Source: a bacterium
Lineage (GTDB): Bacteria > Patescibacteriota > Minisyncoccia > Minisyncoccales > GWA2-46-15
NCBI GenBank assembly: GCA_030693425.1
Contig: JAUYAM010000002.1
Location: 256,632 to 320,631, forward strand
DNA: 64,000 nt
Direction of reading: 5' to 3'
Shown: piece by piece, positions 59,892-64,000 of the stretch
Position numbering within the stretch: the stretch's first letter is position 1
Layout: each line of letters opens with the position of its first letter
The notes under the pieces: generated by a model
The model's database searches: none
The model's input: only the letters and a program-made list of their open reading frames with translations
Told to the model about the DNA's origin: nothing
Position numbers and translations under genes: made by a program

Positions 59892-60716
59892 ATGGACTTA
59901 GAAAAACTTTTTTTAAAAGTAGAAAAATATAAAGTGCCGCCGACAATCTTGTTCCGTAGCATCGAGATCAAGCTCCTCAGAGAAAAAATCGCCCATCTTC
60001 TCGAACCCAGCAGACCGGCTTTAGATCTTGGCTGCGGCGACGGCACCGCCGCTTTAGCGGTTTTTGACGGAAGAATCGACTACGGCCTGGACAACGAGTC
60101 TGAAGCTCTAAAAACGGCAGAAAAAGACGGCATCTATGGAAAAACGATTTTTGCCGATGCCGGAAATATCCCCCTGCCGGACAACTGCTTAAAACTGGTT
60201 TTTTGCAATTGCTCGCTCGAACATATGGAAAACCTGGATTTGGTTTTGAAAGAGGTTTCCAGGGTACTGATGGCGGGCGGCCTTTTTATTTTCACTACCC
60301 CTAGCCATAACTTCAAAAACTACAGTTTCCTCGATTTTCTGCAACTGAAAACCTTGGCGAAAATCTACGGGAACTTAAGAGACAGAAGGCAGCATCACTA
60401 CCACAGCCACTCCCTTGAGGACTGGTCTTCAATCTTAGCCAAATTCAATCTTAAAAAAACCGACGGATATTATTATCTAGACAAAAAAGTGCTGGAGTTT
60501 TGGGATTTTCTGCTGATACTCTACTTGCCCTTTTCTCTTCTGATGCGGTTAAGTTCTGTTTTTGAGATCCTGACCGACAAAATCTACTCCGGCCTCATTT
60601 ATAGAATCTTTTTCAGAAAGAAAATTTATCAAAAGTTTCTTGAATCCAAAATCAGCGGGCCAGACGGGGCGGCCGTCTGCGTCATTGCCAACAAAGAAAT
60701 GTATGCTCAAAGATAA
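59892..60716 (+). CDS. class I SAM-dependent methyltransferase
   Basis: Start at MDLEKLFLK (ATG 59892). ALDLGCGDG (motif I), LVFCNCSLEHM. Confidence 0.75.
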   Translation: MDLEKLFLKVEKYKVPPTILFRSIEIKLLREKIAHLLEPSRPALDLGCGDGTAALAVFDGRIDYGLDNESEALKTAEKDGIYGKTIFADAGNIPLPDNCLKLVFCNCSLEHMENLDLVLKEVSRVLMAGGLFIFTTPSHNFKNYSFLDFLQLKTLAKIYGNLRDRRQHHYHSHSLEDWSSILAKFNLKKTDGYYYLDKKVLEFWDFLLILYLPFSLLMRLSSVFEILTDKIYSGLIYRIFFRKKIYQKFLESKISGPDGAAVCVIANKEMYAQR

Positions 60717-62343
60717 TCTCAGGGAAAAAATTCTTAATTTCAGCTTCTGGGGCTGGTTTAACAAAAACCGGCTGGTCATTATTCTCCTGATTGCCCTTGT
60801 TTTTGCCGCCTATTTTAATTCTCTGGACAACAGTTTTGTCTCTGACGACATCGCCGCCATACCCCAGAACGAAAATCTAAACAATTTTAGTTATGTCTCG
60901 TCTAATCCCCAAGCATTTGTCAGAAACTTATTTTATTACTCAACCAACAAAGTTTGGGGATTAAATCCTGCCCCCTATAGATTAATCGGCATTTTGTTCC
61001 ACTTAGGAACGGTTCTAACTAGCTATCTTTTAATCTGGATTTTGCTTGATCCGATAACAGCTCTCATTTCTGCCTGCTTATTTGCCGTCCACCCGATCCT
61101 GATTGAAGGAGTGGCTTGGATATCCGGAGGTCTTTATGCCCAATATAGCTTTTTCATAATCTTGACGCTTCTCTTTTATGTTTTTTCAATTAAGGGTAAA
61201 AAGTTCTACCTCCTCTCTTTGGCTAGCCTTGTCATGGCCCTGCTTTCTTCAGAAAAAGCCGTAGTTTTTCCTTTTGTTCTTTTGGCATTTTTCATCTTTT
61301 TTAAAGATACTTTCAAAGATTGGAAAAAACTAATTACTCCTATTGTTATTAGCTCTGCCTGGGCTCTTTTTTATCTTCTTGCCATTCCCAAAAGAATAGC
61401 AGCTCTGCAGATACAGAGCCCCCAGCCAGCTGAAATCTTAGACCCCTTTTTGCAAATTCCCATTGCCATTGGCTCTTACTTAAAACTGATTTTCTGGCCA
61501 AAAGATTTGACCCTTTATCATTCAGAAATGGTTTTCTCACAAACACAATATTTAACCTGCCTCTTTGTTCTTATTTTACTTTTGACAATTATCTTTATTT
61601 CTCTGAAGAAAAAATCTCAAGTATTTTTCTGGCTGTCGTTCTTTTTGATTTCCCTTTTGCCCGTCCTCACTCCTTTTGGAATTTCCTGGATCGTCGCGGA
61701 AAGATATGTTTATTTGGGAACTTTGGGAATCGTAGTTGCCTTTGCCATATTGCTTAAAAAGCTGGCTGAAAAAGAAAAGCTGAAAACCGCTATCTTCATT
61801 TTTTCCTCTTTAATTGTCATTTTTCTTTTAATAAGAACCATTGTCAGAAATAATGACTGGCAGAATCAAGATAGTTTATGGCTGGCGGCTGCCAAAACCT
61901 CGCCCTCCAGCTCCCAGAATCATAACAATCTGGGAGATCTTTACGGCAGAAAAGGCGACCTAGAAAAAGCCGTCCAGGAGTTCAAGTTGGCGATTGAGCT
62001 GAATCCCCGATACGCCGACGCTTTCCACAATCTCGCCAACACCTATCAGCTGATGGGGAAAGAAGAGCTGGCGGTTGAAAACTATAAAAAGGCTGTTGAG
62101 TTCAACCCCTACCTCTGGCAATCTTACCAAAACCTGGCCTTAATTTATTTTCAACAGAAAGACTTGGTCCAGGCCAGCCAATATCTAGAAAAAGCTATTG
62201 AAGTCAATCCCGAAAACGCCTCTCTTTATTTCAATCTGGGAGTTGTTTATGCCGAGAATAACGAAAAGGAAAAAGCAAATATGGAATTCCAGAAAGCTTT
62301 TGATCTGGATCCTAAACTAAAACAGAGCCTTCTGACTCAGTAA
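60703..62343 (+). CDS. GT-C-fold membrane glycosyltransferase with C-terminal TPR repeats (TMTC/PMT-like)
   Basis: Start at MLKDNLREK (ATG 60703). First-loop FVSDDIAAI (DD motif), about 11 TM segments, then four or more TPR units. Confidence 0.72.
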   Translation: MLKDNLREKILNFSFWGWFNKNRLVIILLIALVFAAYFNSLDNSFVSDDIAAIPQNENLNNFSYVSSNPQAFVRNLFYYSTNKVWGLNPAPYRLIGILFHLGTVLTSYLLIWILLDPITALISACLFAVHPILIEGVAWISGGLYAQYSFFIILTLLFYVFSIKGKKFYLLSLASLVMALLSSEKAVVFPFVLLAFFIFFKDTFKDWKKLITPIVISSAWALFYLLAIPKRIAALQIQSPQPAEILDPFLQIPIAIGSYLKLIFWPKDLTLYHSEMVFSQTQYLTCLFVLILLLTIIFISLKKKSQVFFWLSFFLISLLPVLTPFGISWIVAERYVYLGTLGIVVAFAILLKKLAEKEKLKTAIFIFSSLIVIFLLIRTIVRNNDWQNQDSLWLAAAKTSPSSSQNHNNLGDLYGRKGDLEKAVQEFKLAIELNPRYADAFHNLANTYQLMGKEELAVENYKKAVEFNPYLWQSYQNLALIYFQQKDLVQASQYLEKAIEVNPENASLYFNLGVVYAENNEKEKANMEFQKAFDLDPKLKQSLLTQ

Positions 62344-62372
62344 GTCCACTAACATGACAAAGGCAGGCGTTT

Positions 62373-62594
62373 TTACTTGCCTGCCCCTGACGTTGGCGTA
62401 AGCTTAACCCCAAAGGTGCGTTCCCACCGTAAGGCGGGATCGACCCCCACGTTTTCCGTGGAAGGAGCCTGGCTCACTGGTTTTGGCGGCAGTTTTGGCG
62501 CTGCCCGGCCGCCGCGGCGCCCAGTCAAGCATGCACGGCAATGCCCATACATGCCTGGATCCTGGCACCGGGAGCAATTACAGGTGCATTCCAT
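62373..62594 (-). CDS. possible Cys-rich small protein in a stop-codon-poor G+C-rich patch
   Basis: 73-aa ORF MECTCNCSRCQDPGMYGHCRACL... with a weak SD. An 87-aa ORF on the other strand covers the same DNA, so coding is uncertain. Confidence 0.3.
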   Translation of the reverse strand: MECTCNCSRCQDPGMYGHCRACLTGRRGGRAAPKLPPKPVSQAPSTENVGVDPALRWERTFGVKLTPTSGAGK

Positions 62595-62739
62595 ATCATT
62601 CAGTCCTTTCTCTAAAGGAGAACGTTCTAGGTTTATCTAAATACTATTCTTGCCCTTTGTAAACCCCGCCCGATCTACAACATCTTCTTTCTTATTTCGT
62701 GAACGGCCGTTCATCAAATAAGAATATTGGTCAGACGGA

Positions 62740-63729
62740 TTAACGCTTAAGGTTCCCGGCGAGCAAGCCCCGGAAAAAACAAAGGCCGTAGCAGATATGG
62801 GTTAAAAAGATTCCCGGCATCGTCCAGAAAGCAATCTTTAAGTTTTTGGCTTTGAATAAAACCCAGAATCCGGTCAGCAGTAAAAGCAGGGCATAGAAAC
62901 CCAAAACCCCAAAATAGAGGGAAAGTAAAAAACTGCGGCCGAGAGGAACAAAAATCATCCATATCGGCAGGCCAAATACAAAAATGGTAAAAACCATGGG
63001 AGCAAAATAAAACGGCTTTCTTGAGGTCTCGGGCAGTATTTTGGCAAAATACCCCCGGTGCAGACCATAGCTGATATTTTGTTCCAAATGATCTTTGAAA
63101 AGCGGCCGGCGGTGATGGAAAACTAAAATCTTGGGGTCGTAAATAATTTTCTTTTTCAATTTCTTTGTCAGATCAAGGCAGAACTTGGTGTCTTCTCCGG
63201 GCCAAAAGCTGGTATCAAAACCGCCAATCTTGTTAAAATCGGTTTTCCTAACTAAAAAATTCATTGTCGGGAAATCCCTAACTTCTCTTTTTTTCTTCGG
63301 CAAAAACCTAAAATTCAAAGTCCCGCCGCCAAGCAAAGAAGAGGAAGCCCAGCCCGAAGCTTTCTGCCGCAAGGAATCCTCTGGCGGCGTCATTCCCGGG
63401 CCGCAAACCGCGGCAATTTTCCTGTCTTTAAAGTAAGGCAAGGCGTTTTTCAACCAGCCTTTTGAGGGATAAGCATCATCGTCGAGAAAAGCCAGGATTT
63501 CCCCCTTTGAGAGCTTTGCCGCCAGATCTCTTCTTGCCGCCGGGCCAAGCCGGCTTTGAATAACCGCAGTTCTCTCAAAAACTTCTGAAAACGGCTCTTC
63601 TGGTAGAACCAGAATCTCAAAGTTCTCGTAATCTAACTCCAGACACTTTAAAATTGCCTGCTTTAAATAATCGCAGAAACCTCGAGTGATAATAATGATC
63701 GAAACTAAAGGAGAAAAAGAATCTGCCAT
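62740..63729 (-). CDS. family-2 glycosyltransferase with C-terminal TM segments
   Basis: 329-aa ORF. VSIIIITRG......LDDDAYP is the GT2 signature, with a hydrophobic C-terminal third. Confidence 0.8.
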   Translation of the reverse strand: MADSFSPLVSIIIITRGFCDYLKQAILKCLELDYENFEILVLPEEPFSEVFERTAVIQSRLGPAARRDLAAKLSKGEILAFLDDDAYPSKGWLKNALPYFKDRKIAAVCGPGMTPPEDSLRQKASGWASSSLLGGGTLNFRFLPKKKREVRDFPTMNFLVRKTDFNKIGGFDTSFWPGEDTKFCLDLTKKLKKKIIYDPKILVFHHRRPLFKDHLEQNISYGLHRGYFAKILPETSRKPFYFAPMVFTIFVFGLPIWMIFVPLGRSFLLSLYFGVLGFYALLLLLTGFWVLFKAKNLKIAFWTMPGIFLTHICYGLCFFRGLLAGNLKR

Positions 63730-64000
63730 TTAAAGGTTTTTCTTTTTCCTGATCACATAGACCGGCCGATTTATCACTTCCTGATAAATATTGGCGATGT
63801 AAAGGGCAATCAGCCCCAGGCAAATCAAAACTATGCCGATCAAAAAGGTGGTGAAAACCGCCAGCATGGTCACGTTAGAAAAAGCCAGGCCCCAGGGGTC
63901 TCTAAAAACAAACTTATTTAAAAACATAAAAAGACCTAAAATCCCGGAAAAAACAGTGATCAAAATCCCCAGGTAGCCAGCCAATCTCAAAGGAAATAAA
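63730..64000 (-). CDS. C-terminal TM portion of a further (GtrB/ArnC-like GT2?) gene, truncated by window end
   Basis: The ORF is open to the window edge. Two TM helices and ...INRPVYVIRKK end, as in polyprenol-phosphate GT2 enzymes. The stop abuts the next gene's start. Confidence 0.55.
   Translation of the reverse strand, partial: LFPLRLAGYLGILITVFSGILGLFMFLNKFVFRDPWGLAFSNVTMLAVFTTFLIGIVLICLGLIALYIANIYQEVINRPVYVIRKKKNL

Noticed and set aside
1-64000. CRISPR arrays, rRNA, tmRNA, RNase P RNA, SRP RNA and known riboswitch cores.
   Set aside because: I saw no regularly spaced direct repeats with unique spacers. I found no GAGGAAAGTCC-type RNase P core, no tRNA-like 3' end with a tag ORF, and no SRP GGAA/AGCA helix-8 pattern. 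The 11440-11600 region was examined for SRP-like motifs and did not fit. A covariance-model scan would be needed to be certain.

Overview
This is a 64-kb window from an AT-rich, tightly packed bacterial genome coded mostly on the reverse strand. The gene content suggests a Patescibacteria/CPR-like organism, but that is inference only. The signs are a streamlined str/S10 ribosomal cluster with Lys/Ala/Glu-rich tails on r-proteins, many small membrane or secreted hypotheticals, a standalone ATP-cone, a secreted beta-propeller protein, small zinc-ribbon proteins and a large glycosylation locus.

Layout:
- 1-9709: rpsC' through rplC, then rpsJ, tuf, fusA, rpsG, rpsL, an M50 protease and rpmB.
- 9.8-20.3 kb: accessory stretch with a tRNA-like cloverleaf, a Zn-ribbon/HEARO/Vsr-like nuclease, a frameshifted S51-like gene, a G+C-rich two-gene island, an adenylate-kinase-like protein, an MBL/ComEC-like protein, an FGE-domain protein, an NYN protein and a HigBA pair.
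- 20.3-23.2 kb: five-gene forward operon with two HPS/OMPDC-family paralogs.
- 23.3-31.2 kb: SPFH plus a standalone EF-Tu-domain-II protein, then a MacAB-like export operon.
- 31.3-50.2 kb: tRNA-Cys, ECF sigma/anti-sigma, ychF, a UvrD-nuclease fusion, a P-type ATPase and a Nudix hydrolase.
- 50.3-64.0 kb: glycan-modification locus with GT2/GT4/GT-C(TPR) enzymes, two methyltransferases, two radical SAM enzymes and a PIG-L deacetylase.

No rRNA, CRISPR array, reverse transcriptase or recognisable transposase is visible.

Most interesting observations:
1. A MITE-like family in three copies. It has CCCCGTAGGAAAT terminal inverted repeats and perfect 3-bp flanking duplications. One copy lies inside the S10 operon, and two donate the stop codon of the upstream gene.
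2. An abnormal 443-bp rpsJ-rplC spacer framed by inverted arrays of helically phased CGCTGA hexamers.
3. A dispersed set of G+C-rich orphan mini-genes with strong Shine-Dalgarno sites and consensus promoters. The core genes of this genome show no SD.
4. A tRNA-sized cloverleaf with tRNA-Pro identity features but no canonical D/T loops.
5. Several recurrent intergenic hairpin or palindrome families, one of which shows a compensatory base-pair change.

All functional calls come from motif recognition by eye. No searches were run.
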